The translations under genes were made by a program, and so were the position numbers. Shown here piece by piece: positions 1 to 13,825 of a stretch of DNA of 64,000 nt. Below the pieces are notes generated by a model, which ran no database searches, had not been told where the DNA came from, and was given only the letters and a program-made list of their open reading frames with translations. Every line of letters starts with the position of its first letter. Position 1 is the first letter of the stretch. Origin of the DNA: Bispira polyomma (taxonomy: Eukaryota); contig OZ287748.1 of NCBI GenBank assembly GCA_965649765.1, positions 34,286,001-34,350,000 on the forward strand, given 5' to 3'.

Positions 1-531
1 ACCCTGTGTGGGGAAGTTATAGGGGTAAGACACATCCCCTGGAAACGTGGTGGGCTGCTGGATGCCCTGTAGAGAATTATGTGTTGTTGACGTTGTACGT
101 CTTGGAGCTGGAATGGGTTTCGGACGCTGTGTTTCTGTCGTTTGTCTGTGACCGAACTGAGGGTTTTGTAGAGTGAAGGGGGTGTTGTAATGCTCAACAC
201 TTGGTGGCTTATTATTGGCAGTCTTTATTTCGGACACGTCCTGTTCTAGTTTAAAAACTGTTTTGAGTAACGAGTCCATCATGGTTTGTTGTTGCTGAAA
301 GAAATCATGATAAATGTCGTTATTACTCACGCTAGTCGTTGAGTCGGAAGGTAGATTTTCTGCTCCTTCTATTATAGATTCACTGTCTGTATCTTGGTTT
401 TCTTCAATGTCTGTATTGATGGTCATATCCTGTAGTTGGCGTGTACACCTGTTACCCACTGGATGAGAGTGAGAAGTTAAACATCTAGAATATGATACTC
501 CTGGTTGTGTTCTTTTCTTTCCCCTTCCCAT
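1..531 (-). mobile_element. Open ORF (177 codons, runs off the window edge), likely retroelement ORF1/gag, possibly DIRS/Ngaro-like
   Basis: ATG at 531 and no stop down to base 1: MGRGKKRTQPGVSYSRCLTSHSHPVGNRCTRQLQDM...FQQQQTMMDSLLKTVFKLEQDVSEIK...PQ-rich. Basic N-terminus, a (C>Y)xxCxxxHxxPxGxxC-like motif, then a coiled-coil-like segment. Absent from the ORF track because it has no stop in the window. Confidence 0.5.
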
Positions 532-899
532 GTTAGCAATTTACCACACTATTGCTATTATATCACGGTACAAAAATAGTAACTATAACAGGATTAAAAC
601 TCTTATGTAAAAACTAAAACTTGTAAAACTTGATTGTGTAAACCATAAATGTTTTTAAAATCCAATATGTCTTCCAATAGAAGAAAATTATATATGTTTA
701 CTGCTTGGTTTCAAGCTTAAAAGTGAACACACAAAGAAAAGGCGGCAAAAGCCTCCAGTAAACAACTTACTGATATATGATTCTGATTGGTGTTTACATA
801 AATAAACAAACAGGTAACCAATCCATACAGTAAGCTACAGAAAATAAGAATACAGTAATGTCTTAATTATAAGGACTGAAGGGCCATGCTAATAAATTC

Positions 900-1295
900 G
901 CAGTGACGTCTACACTACTTGATGGTCACTGGTTCCCAGTAGAGAAAAAACCTTACATATAACTATTATGTCTCCTGAGTACATCAAAGACATGCTGACA
1001 TTATATCATCCAGTAAGAACATTAAAATCAACAGATTATATGCTATATTGACAGTGCCAAAATTAAACCCATAAAAACAACAGGCGACAGATCCTTTTCA
1101 TGCAGTGCTCCAAAGCTTTTGGAATACCTTGCCAATCAACATCAGAAAGATTAATTAACTGTCCAGTATTAAATGTGCAATTAAAGGTTTTCTCTTTGAT
1201 GATGCTGATAAAAATCTACTTTAGTTAGTTAATGTGTACTGCAAATGGTGTCGATGAATATCTTTGATAGATTTTGGCACCATAACAACTTTTTA
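900..1295 (+). mobile_element. Degenerate L2/CR1-type LINE 3' end
   Basis: Frameshifted translation HWFPV...SPEYIKDMLTLYHPVRTLKS...TVPK...TGDRSFSCSAPKL(W)NTLPINIR matches the typical L2/CR1 ORF2 C-terminus (LHWLP...APxYL...RxLRS...GxRAFSxxAPxLWNxLP). Confidence 0.8.
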
Positions 1296-1716
1296 TTGTA
1301 ATGTATTGTAAGTATCTTGTAATGCCTTCCACCACCAAGAAACTTTACCGGTCACCATATAACACACATGTTGTTCAAAGCAATGTTATACTGAAATTAA
1401 ATAAATTTAAAAAACAGACACAAAGGTCACTGTCTAGACCAGAAAGCTTTGTATGTTTAAAATTGGATTCCAGCAGCTTTTCCAAGTACACTGCACCTTA
1501 AATGCATATGGTGTTGATGTGTTGCTCTTTTTGTAATTTTTTAAATAGTGTAATGTGTACAGAATTGTAACTTAAATGTAGCTTAAATTATTTCTCTCTG
1601 GAGTTTTTCTGAACTCATTGACATATATTGTGGTGTACATCTGTCTCGCTATAAATGTAATATTAAAATATGCAGTATTAAAACACAAATTGATAAAAGT
1701 TAAAAAAATATAGTTT

Positions 1717-1950
1717 CACAGGTGGCCAACTTAGCCGACGGGACAGCAATAGTGGACAGTAACTTTAAGTGTAAAATTTTGTACATTCAAAAAGCCATCT
1801 GTAAAATATAAAGTGCTTAAAACACTAATTTCTCTGTAATACAGACTTTGTATCAAAAAAGGGTCAGACGGCTTTTTACATGGATAAAATATTTACGCCT
1901 TAAGTTACTGTCGCCTATGGCTGTCCCATCCACTAAGCTGTTCAGTAGTG
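1717..1950. mobile_element. MITE with ~85-bp imperfect terminal inverted repeats
   Basis: The left arm CTTAGCCGACGGGACAGCAATAGTGGACAGTAACTT...AAAAAGCCATCTG matches the reverse complement of the right arm (CAGACGGCTTTTT...AAGTTACTGTCGCCTATGGCTGTCCCATCCACTAAG). Confidence 0.75.
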
Positions 1951-4900
1951 TAAGTATTAAAGTTGTTGCATAACTCTAGTAATTTGGTAATTAACTGTCA
2001 GACGAAGTACATATATAATGAGACAACTTGATCGAGCACATACATTCTACAAGGTAACAGTGCTAAACAGTGTCAAAAATTGAAAATAAATCCGTATTTG
2101 TGGTACTAACCATATCTGCTCCAAAATATATTAATAAATTCTTCTATAGCCAATTTTCCATTCTGCCACCAGTAATAGTAACTATATGGATTTCATGCAT
2201 GTAGAATATTAAAATTGTATGTCTGTCAAATGTTTTTTAGATCATGAAAATGACATGTAACTGGACAAATCACATAATGCCTGGAACAGGAAGTACCTAT
2301 ATATCTTTAAAAATTTCATTTGATTATGCAGACGACACATACATTATCTCCACACGCGGATATATGGATATTTGTTACAGAAGCAAATGGAATTAGCGGA
2401 GTGTAACATATTTTAGACAAAAGAGGCAGCTCCAAAATAACAGAGAAGCCAGCCATATACATCTCCATAGAGTTTTTTTCGTTCTTTAGGTACACATTTC
2501 TAAAGCCCAGTAGCTCTAGCCCGAGTCACAAATGCCATTTACGGCTCACCCTCATCAATAATTCAAAGCTCATATTTTTGCCCAAAACTACAGCTCTTAA
2601 AATAACAGTAGGCCTCAGATTAAGGAAGGTTTCCATATTATAAACTTCCCAATTAGGTTTTTAGCCTGTCCTTAATAGCCCTACATTTAAAAATAATGAA
2701 ATGAAAGTTTAAAAAGTCAGTGCTCTATATAATTCAAGAAATTGTAATCAAATGTGGTTTTAATCTAATTATTAAACATGGCTTTTCAATTACTTTTGAG
2801 GGATTTGTCTGTGATAGCAACTTAATAACTGTTTCTGGTGAAAGGTCAGCTTCAGTGGAAACTTAAACTCAGTTGTGTTCTACAGAACATGAGCCCTGGA
2901 CTGTTTCCTGAAGTGGGGCCCAATGATGACAGTAGCTGTTGCTTTTAAGTCCTTTATGTAATTATACAAGAGATTGGAGACAATGAGAAATATCTTTGTT
3001 AATTGGTTGGTAGAGGCTGAAAGGAGGATAATATATGGTATACACGAAAGTACATATACATAAATAAACCCATAGTAATAAAGGGGTGGGACAAATGTGG
3101 GACGGGTGGGGTGAACTCAAGTAAGAGGGGGGGTTACAGTTGAGTGGGGAGGGGATGGAGCACAGTTGTCTCTTTGTCATCACCAAATTGAGTAAACAGA
3201 TCACATGTTATAAGTCCATGGGCAAATTTATGAAGTTGGCAATTGAGTTGGGTGTGTTCATATATCTATTAAAATCCAGGCAAACTTCAGGCTATCTTTC
3301 TTCATTATATGTTTGCTAGTCCCTTGACTAGGTCCATATATATACAAACAGACATTTTAGTCATTTTCAAAGGGCAAGGCAAATGCAAAACAAAAAAACT
3401 CTCTTAAATAAATATTTTTTGTTCTTATAATATTTTCCTATGTTTGCTTGTACCTTCATATGGCTAAAACTATGAGCAGGTCCAGATGGACAGATGATTG
3501 TACTTTATTACTCTAACCTATTTAACCTTTACAAGAACAAAGCCCAGAGGTCTAATTTGTAGTTCATGTATGAAGTCATACCCCAACATATGATGTCATC
3601 CTATATATCATTTTCTAAATCAGATTTGGATCTCAGTTACGTGACCTGTTGTTTTAAATTCTTATTTCAGGACTAACATCTTGTTCACCACTAAAATCCA
3701 CAACTATGTTTGTCCAAGTTTCATATTTTGGTGTGTGATTTACATATTTTGAGATGCATCTCACAAGATCGCAATACACTGTAGTTTGTGGCTGGTCCAT
3801 ATATTCAACATACTACAGTTCCTATACTCTAAAATTTCTATAATGTTTACACACTAGTTTTGAGATGGGCATCTGTGGACTGCCTACAATTTATAGTGTA
3901 TCACATGACACTGTTATGGTGTTTATTGAGATAATAGTGACATTCAATCAAAACGTGACTGTTAGTGCAAGGGACTACCAATACATATGTGTTGCTATTA
4001 CATTGCTATTAACTGCAATGTATACGTAATCCTAGTGTCATGTTCGACAGGTTTAATTAGTTTGGAAGTGGGTTTAACATCCCTTTCAACATGTTTGTGC
4101 CCTGTCACGAAGTGCAGTTCACCGGTAGAGGAAATCAGCACAGGGTACTTGTTCAAGATGTTCTGTTCTGACCCACCTTCAAGAAATCTACTGGGTGCGG
4201 ATCCAGTCAGTATACAAAATAATAGTCCAATCGGAGAAAAGGTTGTAATATGACTTCAGTCGTAACCAGTATATAAATGTTGAGGTGCAAGGCGAGTTGA
4301 TACAGATGTGTTTTGAAAGTCCTTTTTCGCAAGCCTGTGATCCTTGTATCCATATGAAGACTGGCAAGGAGACTGATCCATTAAGCAAGTGCTACAACTT
4401 TAAATGAGTTTGAACCTGCAAGTTTTTTGGTAAGAAGTAAGAAGAGGCGGAGAGACAATTTTCGTCTATCGGATGTTACTCATTATATATCAAATGTTCC
4501 TTAACGTAGCCACATCATCCTACGTTGTTGTGAAACTCTTTTAATAGCATCTGCACTGAGACGTGTTGTCAGTAACTAGAGTTCGGACTATGGACATTGA
4601 CAGATAGAAGGGTCAGTCAATTTTCATTCAAATGAGCTGCCGAGGCATGGATGTTTTTGACCATGGGTTGCAGGCTGAAAGCAATTTCCAGGCATTATGA
4701 CAGGCGAAAAGATTAGTTCCAGTACCCTCTGCTACTGTATAGTACCACCTTCCATACTGGCAATGTGTGAGCGGGGCATTACGGATATACCTCTAAGCTT
4801 AGATGGCTGCGTCAGGGTTTGCATGCCTCGACACATTATAGGTAGATTTCACCTACGTACAATCTGTTCGGAGATAATATGTGGAAATTGGCTTCAGAAA

Positions 4901-5254
4901 CATCTTTTTATACATTCAGTGATTTTATTTTAATCTAGGCATCAATGGGGATGTGCTCATTCACCTTTTACATGCTTATTTTTAGATAACTTTGTAAGAT
5001 CAAATTATTTCTGTATTCATGTTGATTTGTACATAACAGCAGCAATTACAAGGGTTCATTAATGATTGGAGTTATGGTGCCCTTAACACCTTAAGCAATA
5101 ACTTATACATGTATATGTTTACCAGTAACGTTGCTGCAGTTAAGGTGTCCTTAGCACAAAACATAGAAATGTGATCAATAAACTATTACTCCTATGCTTT
5201 ATTTCTTCTTCTGCTCGGTTTGTGGCAATATATACATCTGAATATCTCTGCAGA

Positions 5255-5385
5255 AGCGGGTTCGAATCTCCACCCGGGAATGTATAGGAGAAAGTTTGCA
5301 GTAGACTTGCTAAAGGCTTATGGTGTTTACTGCAGTAATTTGGCCCAAAGAGTCTCTGCTGGTTTCCTCGATCAGTGAACAGCCT
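5255..5385 (+). mobile_element. tRNA-derived SINE fragment
   Basis: B-box GGGTTCGAATC followed by the GAAAGTTTGCAGTAGACTTG...GGTTTCCTC body shared with other SINE copies in the window. Confidence 0.6.
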
Positions 5386-8058
5386 ATTCTACATCTCACA
5401 TACCATTCCTGTAATTTTCTTATTTTCAGGCGAAGCAGTGTCATAAATAGGTAATAAATACAAAATTTAGTACATACATTACTGTACAATTTCAGTGGAA
5501 TGATGATATTAAGTTGTATTTATTTTAATAGTGAGAACAATAACCATTATCTCATAAAATCCTAGTCTACTGCCTGTGAAAAAAATAAAAACCCTGAATC
5601 ATTTGTTAACACGGGATTTTTGCTTTGTGTGAAATTGTTGTGCTAAAATTACATTACAAATTAGCCAGATTGTGACCTCATCAATATCAATAGAATGCCC
5701 TGGCTGGGGGTATTAATTTATTAGACACCACCCCCTGCGGCTTATAATAAACTGGTGGCGTGATCTCAGCTTATGGTCTTCTGGCTATTGATACTTTGGC
5801 TTATAAAGAACAGAAAGCCACTTTTACAAAACACATTTCAAAAATAATACACTGACACAATGCTATTGTATTACCAGTGAATTAGTATAATTCTGATTGA
5901 AACCTCAGTTAATTTCATCTTCAGAATGGTTACCATCAAGTCTTCTAATTGCTCATCTTATGGGTGTATGGTATAGAAATGATATGCTGTGTCTAAGGAG
6001 TTTCCAGTGTGGTGGTGGGGGGGGGGGGGGGACTCACATATTTGGTTCACTGCTCTGGTCTAGTTTATCATATATGGTCATCCAAATGGTTTGATAGTTT
6101 AAAATGATCAGTATATGCTTGATTGTGGAAAACTAATTCAAATAGGCTGGTTTCAGCTTTTGCTTGACCCTAAAATTAGTTCAAACTGAGTATACCAACA
6201 TGGTCTCTATTTTTAAAAGAAACAGGAGTTACAACCTTTGGTCTTTGGTAAATAAATTCATTTTTGGTCTGTTGGACCATAGTATAAGTAATACATTTGT
6301 GCCTCTCATTTTTCTAGACTAGTCTACCATTCAGAGTATGAACTACCAGCATTTTGGACAATGCACAACCTGTATTTTCGACAGTTGAAAAACTAGATTT
6401 AAGTCTGCTGGAATTTGAAAAATAAATTGTGTTCATAATGTGGAAGATGTGTACAGGATGGAAGATACCCCATAATATGTCTATCAAGTTTCGTTTAAGT
6501 TTTAGATCTCATAAATAGGTCATTATCTTGCCTGTGATGGCCACTTTTGAATTTGAACTGGTCACATAATCAAAGCATATAGAGGCAAATCATTCTATTT
6601 GCACAGTAACCGCTGACAGAACTAAACCTGCAAATGCAAAGCAGTTAAAAATCAACATTACATTAACTTATACACTGTATATTACTCTATATATTGTACT
6701 AACAATAACATTGAACTAGCACAAAGAAAAAAACAATATATGTGTTTAAACACTATATAATAGTCTTAGAGAAATACTAAAAGAATGAATTACCACCACT
6801 TTTTAAGTAAAGCTAACTCTAGTTGCTGAGACTGTGATTTTTGTGAGTTGTTTATATTCTGTGGCTGGTGTGTGATCAGCTCCCTAAGGTAGGTGATACA
6901 TCACCATGCCGGCACTGTAATTAGGAGACTGATGGCACACACATGAAAGATACATCCACCAGACAACCCAGGGCTCTTTGTACCAGGCAAGTCTATTGGC
7001 TGGAGCTTTGACTTAATCTCAACAAAAGAACTTCTTTTATTAACGCCCAAACAAAAAAAAAATTGTTTTCTTTTGAATATATAACATTTTTTTATTGACG
7101 AAATCTAACTTCTGTTTGATACAAAGATTTATAAATGGTTTTTTTTGTATAGGGAATAAGATTGGTTGATCATTTTAAAAGTTGGTTGACCTTAAATCAC
7201 TTTAATGTTAACTCACACATTTGCTGTAATCAAAAGCCTGCAGCACACATACACACACTGGCTTGAAGTTTGATCACTTTATTGTGTCATAACCACAAAT
7301 TGCGTTATTACAGCACAGCTTTACAGCCCATTGTGATCACTTTGTTCTATTCATGGAAATAAAATTACCAAATTATCAAAAAGCTTTTAAACCTGTTGTT
7401 GGTTTAATGTATTTAAAAAAGAGAAATTGTTCCAAAGCAGAGAAAAAGCTGGCGTCACTTGGGCTGTATTAAAGGCGGTTTAATATAATTTTTTTTTTTT
7501 ACAATTTCTGGAGACAGAGGTAAGTTTAAGGCATAGGGTATTCAAAAAGAAAAGGAGACATTTTTTGCATTAATATTCAGGAATTTAAACAAAAACAAAA
7601 AATACTTGTACTTTATGTGTGCAAATTGCAAGAAATGTTCTCACTTTTTAGATATATTTATCGAGTTTTGGTTTAATTTATATCATTAGAACCATGATCC
7701 AGAAAACACCCCCCAAAAAATATTCAATGTTTCATTATCTTTCTTATTATGGTTTCTAGGTTTGAATAATTTACATATTTGTTTTAATTGTTACATTTAA
7801 TATGTTGCTCATCACATTTTTCATCTCTGTGTTAATTGAAATACTGAAATAAAGTAGATGTAAAACCCAGTATATTAAAAGTCTGTGAAGAAATATGTGC
7901 TTTGTTCACTCCACTTACTCATTATTGACATCGTGGTCAATCTTGGTGATATCTGTGATATCGAACTGTCGCCTATACAATAACCTATATAACACACATA
8001 TATGACCATTAACTTAAGAAACAAACACATATTTTACTTTCTTTCTCGGTCAAGGTTA

Positions 8059-8304
8059 AACAAGAGTTGTCTTTTTTTTAAAAAAAAAAAGACAAAGGCG
8101 CATAGTGTGAAATACACCTAACGTTGATATGGCCACTATATACTCAGGTCCCAGACTGCTCCTGATAACAATAAATCCGACAGCCCTTAGTTTGGGCCAG
8201 ATCGATTGCTTTAGACCAATCCACAAAGGCCTCACATATATTCTGTCTGAGATGGCTGCACCCTTTTTAGAATGAAAAAATATCTGTCTGCGCCTGATAA
8301 AAAT
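8059..8304 (-). mobile_element. Helentron/HINE (DINE-1-like) non-autonomous element, family 1
   Basis: Reverse-complement copy of 13826-14060. It shares the TATCAGGCGCA 5' motif, the GTATTTCACAC core, a TGCGCCT subterminal IR, a TGTCTTTT/AAAAGACA hairpin and a CTCTTGTT terminus. Confidence 0.7.
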
Positions 8305-8694
8305 GGCTGTATCGATAGTGGTTCCAATGACAAAACTATACTCCCTGTTCAGTGGGGGGGGTGCTTTTCTAAAATGACCTTAAACCTTGTGTTGGGTTTC
8401 CTCAGAAAGAGGAGAAGGTTAGATGTTATTTGACGAGACCCTTTTTAGTACAGTTAAAACAGCTGAGGTAGTCCCTGTTAAAGTCAACCTACACCCTGGG
8501 TCAGCTGACATTTGAAACCATAGGGGAGGAGTGTAAAACCTCTGTTAGTTACAACATCCCATCACTTGGGTACACAGGCTCTACATAACTGAGTAGGAGA
8601 GTATTTTATGACTTAGTTACTAGCTTCTTTATTCACAAGTGAATAATACAAAAACAGAAAAACAAATACTGTACACTATATTCATGGTTAGTTA

Positions 8695-8912
8695 GGGCAC
8701 TGTAGTGGTTAGAAGCACCTGTTTCACAATCACTGGCCTCTTACCAATGCGGGTTTAAATCCTGTTTGTTCCTTCATGTGAGAAAGCTTACAAGATACTT
8801 GCCATACTAGGGCAGTGGTTCACTGTGCTTCAGCATTGGTTTCTACCACCATTAAATCTTGCTGTCATGATATGACCATAACGGTTGACAATTATGTGAA
8901 ACCCAACTAAAT
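8695..8912 (+). mobile_element. tRNA-derived SINE, family A
   Basis: A-box-like TAGTGGTTAG, B-box-like GGGTTTAAATCC, body CATGTGAGAAAGCTT...GGTTTCTACCACC and tail GTTGAC...AAACCC; homologous to 16014-16240. Confidence 0.8.
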
Positions 8913-9069
8913 CCAAAGTCATGGTGAATTTACCCTAGTGTTAGAAATATAAATAAATAATGGCAGACACTTATATTTAATAGAATTGACAGATTTAAAA
9001 AAGGGACTTATTAAAAACAGAGTGGTTTAAATCAATCATGAATCTATAAATTTAGATTTATTTAGGAGG

Positions 9070-9307
9070 TTGGCATTTCAACTTCTCAACAGCACCTACA
9101 TATTTTATCCAAATTGAAGTTTTTACTAGTACAGAAGATTGAGATTGTAGATTAGTCTGTCCAGATTTCTACACAGTAATAAACCACCAGCCCCCAACAA
9201 GTTCACTGACAACTTTCCTACATACATGCAATGGCCGAGATGAGAACCCAAGACCTCAGAGTTGGGAGGCGAGAGAGTGTGTTACCTCTACACCACCGAT
9301 GTCCTCA
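9070..9307 (-). mobile_element. tRNA-derived SINE, family B
   Basis: The minus strand starts GAGGACATCGGTGGTGTAGAGGTAAC...GGGTTCTCATCTCGGCC and continues with the GGAAAGTTGTCAGT...GGTGGTTT body. Confidence 0.75.
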
Positions 9308-10075
9308 ATGGATAATAAAGTAAGTATTACTGAAACAAAATACTGCTACTATCACACCCTCCAGATATAATAATCTAGTTAAACATGGGCCGTTTCATAT
9401 ATGTGAAGCAAGACGTCATCCTCCGTTTATTGTCTTGTATCAGTAGTAGCTTACTCTTTTTTGAACAATTTCGTTTTTTAAAATCATGAACTATTTAATA
9501 ACAACAGCCCCCCCCCCCCCCCACCCCACCCTTAACCCAACCTTCCATATCAATTAAAACCATGAGAACGACCGTGGCTAATCTATTCCTTTAATGTCGC
9601 CCAGACATATTGTAAATGGCAGTAGTCCCCCGCCCCCCCCCCCGCCCCCCCGCTCGTCGTAGTCCCCCCCCCCTCTCCACTCACCCCACACCCACAGGAC
9701 TTGTACCAAAAGATGGCACCCCAGCTTTCCCCACCCCTACATTACCATATCTCTGTCATAAAAGGCTTCACAGATAATAGCAAGCCCTAATTCCCCAGGG
9801 GGCGCCTTTCGCACTTTTGCGCTGAAAAAGTAGGTCCGTCGCCAAGACGCGTCTTGACGCTAATGGCGTTGACAACGAGGCTCTAGGGGGGAGACACAAG
9901 TGTACCCCTTCGCCGTGAACTAATCCCCCAGCTAATCTCAGCTTTCACTTCTACTTTGCTGATTTCACTTCCTTTTGATGGGTAGTCTCTTTTTTTGTTC
10001 CTTTTACTTCCCTTCCTGTGTAGTGATAAACTTGAAAATATCACCGAATTGAAAGACAGCAGGTTGTTTTGGAGT

Positions 10076-10107
<32 letters not shown>

Positions 10108-12363
10108 GGGGGGGGGGGGGGGTAGGGTATTACCGTCTGTTTGTTTTTGGTTTAAAAAATATGTTAATTTTGAAAATAAAGTTCCCCCTTAAATCATAAG
10201 ATCTAGTGTTGTAAAATAGTATGATGAACACTCGTTTGGCCATTTTTATTCTCATTAAAACATATTAATATAATTAGTATGGTAAAAACATAAAGTTACT
10301 ACATTCTAAGCAAAAATGAACAAGAGCCAATGCCAAACCCAACTACAAGCTTCTTGCATTATTTACATTTGATTATTATTGTGCTCCCACTCTTTTTGCC
10401 CACCCTTAGACCCTCCCTCTTTTAATTTTTATTATTGGCAATTCTTGTGTGTGTTATTATGTAGTATTGTTCTTATTATCACTACTTGCCGAGATTTAAA
10501 GCACACTCTTCCTATCTTCCTTTAACTCAAATCCTTTAAGGAACAGAAGAAGAAGAATGAATGGACAATCACTGAAGCATATGTGGATGACGATGGTAAG
10601 ATGAAACCATTCAATGGGCACACTTCATCCATTGATCACATGATCAAGGATTACATTGTCACATTAAATACCGCCTTGAGGTGCTGGGCTGGTTTGTCAA
10701 AAGAAAGGGCTGGCAAATGAGCAAGTTTCTTTCAAGCAGAAAATGGTGGTCAATTGTGATGTTGGTAAACAGTGATGGCCTACTGAAGTGGAAAAGTAGG
10801 GGACACAACTAGCCTTCTGCAGGCTATACACAAAATAGAGTATTGTGGTTTTTTTAGATTAACAAATTATTGGGTTAGGATCAAACAGATCATGTATTAT
10901 TTAAAATCTACCTCTAAGCAAGACCCAATAATTCTCTTCATTATTAGCATGTACTTTAAATGGTAAAATACTAAAATGATAAAACATTCTGTGAAGTTCA
11001 AAGCTAAAAATAACTGCCATGTTAGGGGTTTTTAAATTTTCTTTAGGTTTAAAACCACAGAAAGGCGAGAGGAAACATAAGAAGCCAGTGGGACAAGTGA
11101 TGGGTACTTTAAGTGGTAATTGGCCAGTTAAAGCACTCTAATGTATGTACTGGTGCTATTTGTGTTTTCTTTTCGGGATTACATATTTCTAATTAATATT
11201 ATTACTACAATGTACTGCATATTATTAACAAAAACAAAGTTACCACAAAGTTACCATTTTAGAGAAATCACTGTAATTCTTATTCTTATTTTAGTTTAAT
11301 AATATAATCTGCAATATGCTAAATATATTTGTAGAATTTAATGGTATGTGTGAAACCATTTGTTCTTTTTGGCATGAAAAGACCCACTTCATAGATTTAG
11401 AGATAAAATACTTGAAAAGTGACAATTATTACCAATGCAAACTCCCCAAAGCAACTACTACTTTTGTTTAAAATTGGCTTTAGAAGAAAGACCTCTCTTT
11501 TTTAACATTTCATTTGGATTTTTCAGTTTTTGCTTATTTTATGTCACCTTATGTCCATCCTTAAGTCAAAATTAAAACTAGTATGGCACTCAGTAGTGTT
11601 CAAATACATATGCCTAAAAGTAAAGAATGAAATCCTGGATCCGCCCGGTTGCCAGGATTTGTAATTTTTTTATGTCTTCTTCCTTGGCCCATACCCCCAT
11701 GCCTCAACCAAATATAATGTAAATCTCTTATATAGTATTTTATGTAATCTTGGTTAGAACACAAACAAATCAAACAAATCTTGAGTAAATGCATACCCTC
11801 CTTGCCCAAGCTTTTTATGTTAACAAAATAAATTTTAAAAAACATATTTTAAATTTTAAAAAAATACTAAATAGGTTGACAAAACTAATAATATTAATAA
11901 ATAAATAATATTAAATTAAGATTAGCCCAAACAGCTTTAAAAAATCTACACCACTCAAAGAATTAAACTGCTTTTGTATAGTTTTGCACTGCCATCATCA
12001 GCCCAGTGAATCCAGTGAAGATTAGTAGAAGGGGGAAAACAAACCTAAACAGGGAGGAAGTGAGGAGCAGTGGAAGTAGACTATTAAGCCAACAGTATGG
12101 TGTCGGGGATAGATTGGGCTGGAGCAGGTGAAATGTGGCTGTCACCCTCTTTGTCATGACTGGAGGATGGGGTGGGGAGGTGAGTTACCCCCTCCACCCC
12201 CCTCCCATCCCTGTCCCCCCATCACGACACCCCATCCATTTCCCCCTTCTTCCCATTAAATGACATTGGGTCAAATTAGAGGTGCATATGGTCTTTTGGG
12301 GTAGCACTCTTAAAGTGTGTGTGTTTGGTAGAATTACCCCCCCCCCCCCATTTATTTTTCCCC

Positions 12364-12597
12364 CTTTTTAATCAGGCACAGCCTGATCCTGATTTCATTC
12401 TGTTAAGGGCGTCCCCATCATATAATAAATAATATGCAAGGTCTTTAATTGATTAGTTTGAAGCAATAGACTCATCCAAACTGAGGGGTGTTAGGTTAAT
12501 TGTTATCAGGCGCAGCCTGTAAGAGTATATAGTAATAATAACAACAGTGGTATGTCTCATAGTGTGCGCCTCCGTTCCTTTAAAAAAACTCTTGTCA
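12364..12597 (+). mobile_element. Helentron/HINE-like element, family 1
   Basis: Starts TTTTTAATCAGGCACAGCCTGAT, has an internal TATCAGGCGCAGCCTG, and ends TGCGCCT...CTCTTGT. Confidence 0.65.
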
Positions 12598-13825
12598 CAA
12601 ATGCAGCAGGGCAACCTGACAAGATGGTCTTTTCATTTATTTCTGTGTAATCTTCTCAAGCTTTAAACACTGCCTCCCACCCCAGCTATATATGCCTAAT
12701 TCCCCAGGGTGTATCTACATTTTACTACATCTTTGTGAGGATTTCTAGGGGTACTAATAAAATAATTAGGGCCAAGCAACATGTGTTATTAAATAAATAT
12801 TCCTATACCAGCTTCTTCACAGAATTGACCAAAATGTGTAACAAAATTGCTAATATATATAAACATTAGGCCTTTTTGGCCTTTTTGCAAGCGAAGTTTT
12901 ATATTTATACTCGTATATTATACGTTTATACACAAAATAGACTACACAATAGCAGTGAAAAGCAATATTGTTCAAGAGTATGGTATTTTCTGAATATCAA
13001 TGTCTTTATAAACATCATTCCATTGAAATGGTCACTTTTTTAACATGTACTTTTTAGTTTTGTACATCTACAGTTTGACTGCAGAAATTGGATTAGTCTG
13101 GAGTTTCTTTGAGATTAGTTATGGAACTGTTCTAGAATTTATTGGACAGGGCATGACCATGCTGGGTTTTGATGTATACATACACATTATTCAGATTAAA
13201 AAAAATCATTTAACAATATACCTTAAGGATATTATTAAACACTAAACAGTGTCATTGCAAATAATGCTAATTTGTTGATATTTAATGTGCCAGAATATTT
13301 TATCTTTTACGTTGAGAGCTATTTTTAATATGACTAAGCCCTACCCAATGAATTTCATAGTTTGTGGATTGAACTTCGGTTGCATGTTCACATGGTACTA
13401 ATTCATAGGAAAAAGGTCATTCATGAAAATAGAAATTAGGGTTTTGACTCTACTGTCAATTCTCATATATCTTACAAGGATTCCTTCAGTTTACACTTTC
13501 TTAGTTAAGATTTTTTATTGGTAATTCCCTTTGTAATAAGTAGTCGTGACTACTGCAAGTCATTTCTGTATAATTCAGTGAGGCCTAGGGAAAACAATAA
13601 GTTTGTCCAAGCTGCCTTTGTATAAGTCTTACATAAAGGAAACGATAGCTACTGCCCCTTCTCTTTGGCACAGCCGCCTAAAAATATTCGAGAAAGCATG
13701 CTGGAGAGACGACATTCACCATCATAATTAACTAAATGTTACTGTATTGAAAGCTATCACTTTCACTCAGCCTCCTGTATGTCATCCATAATTTGATTAA
13801 GCCATCCCATCCGGACCACAAAATG

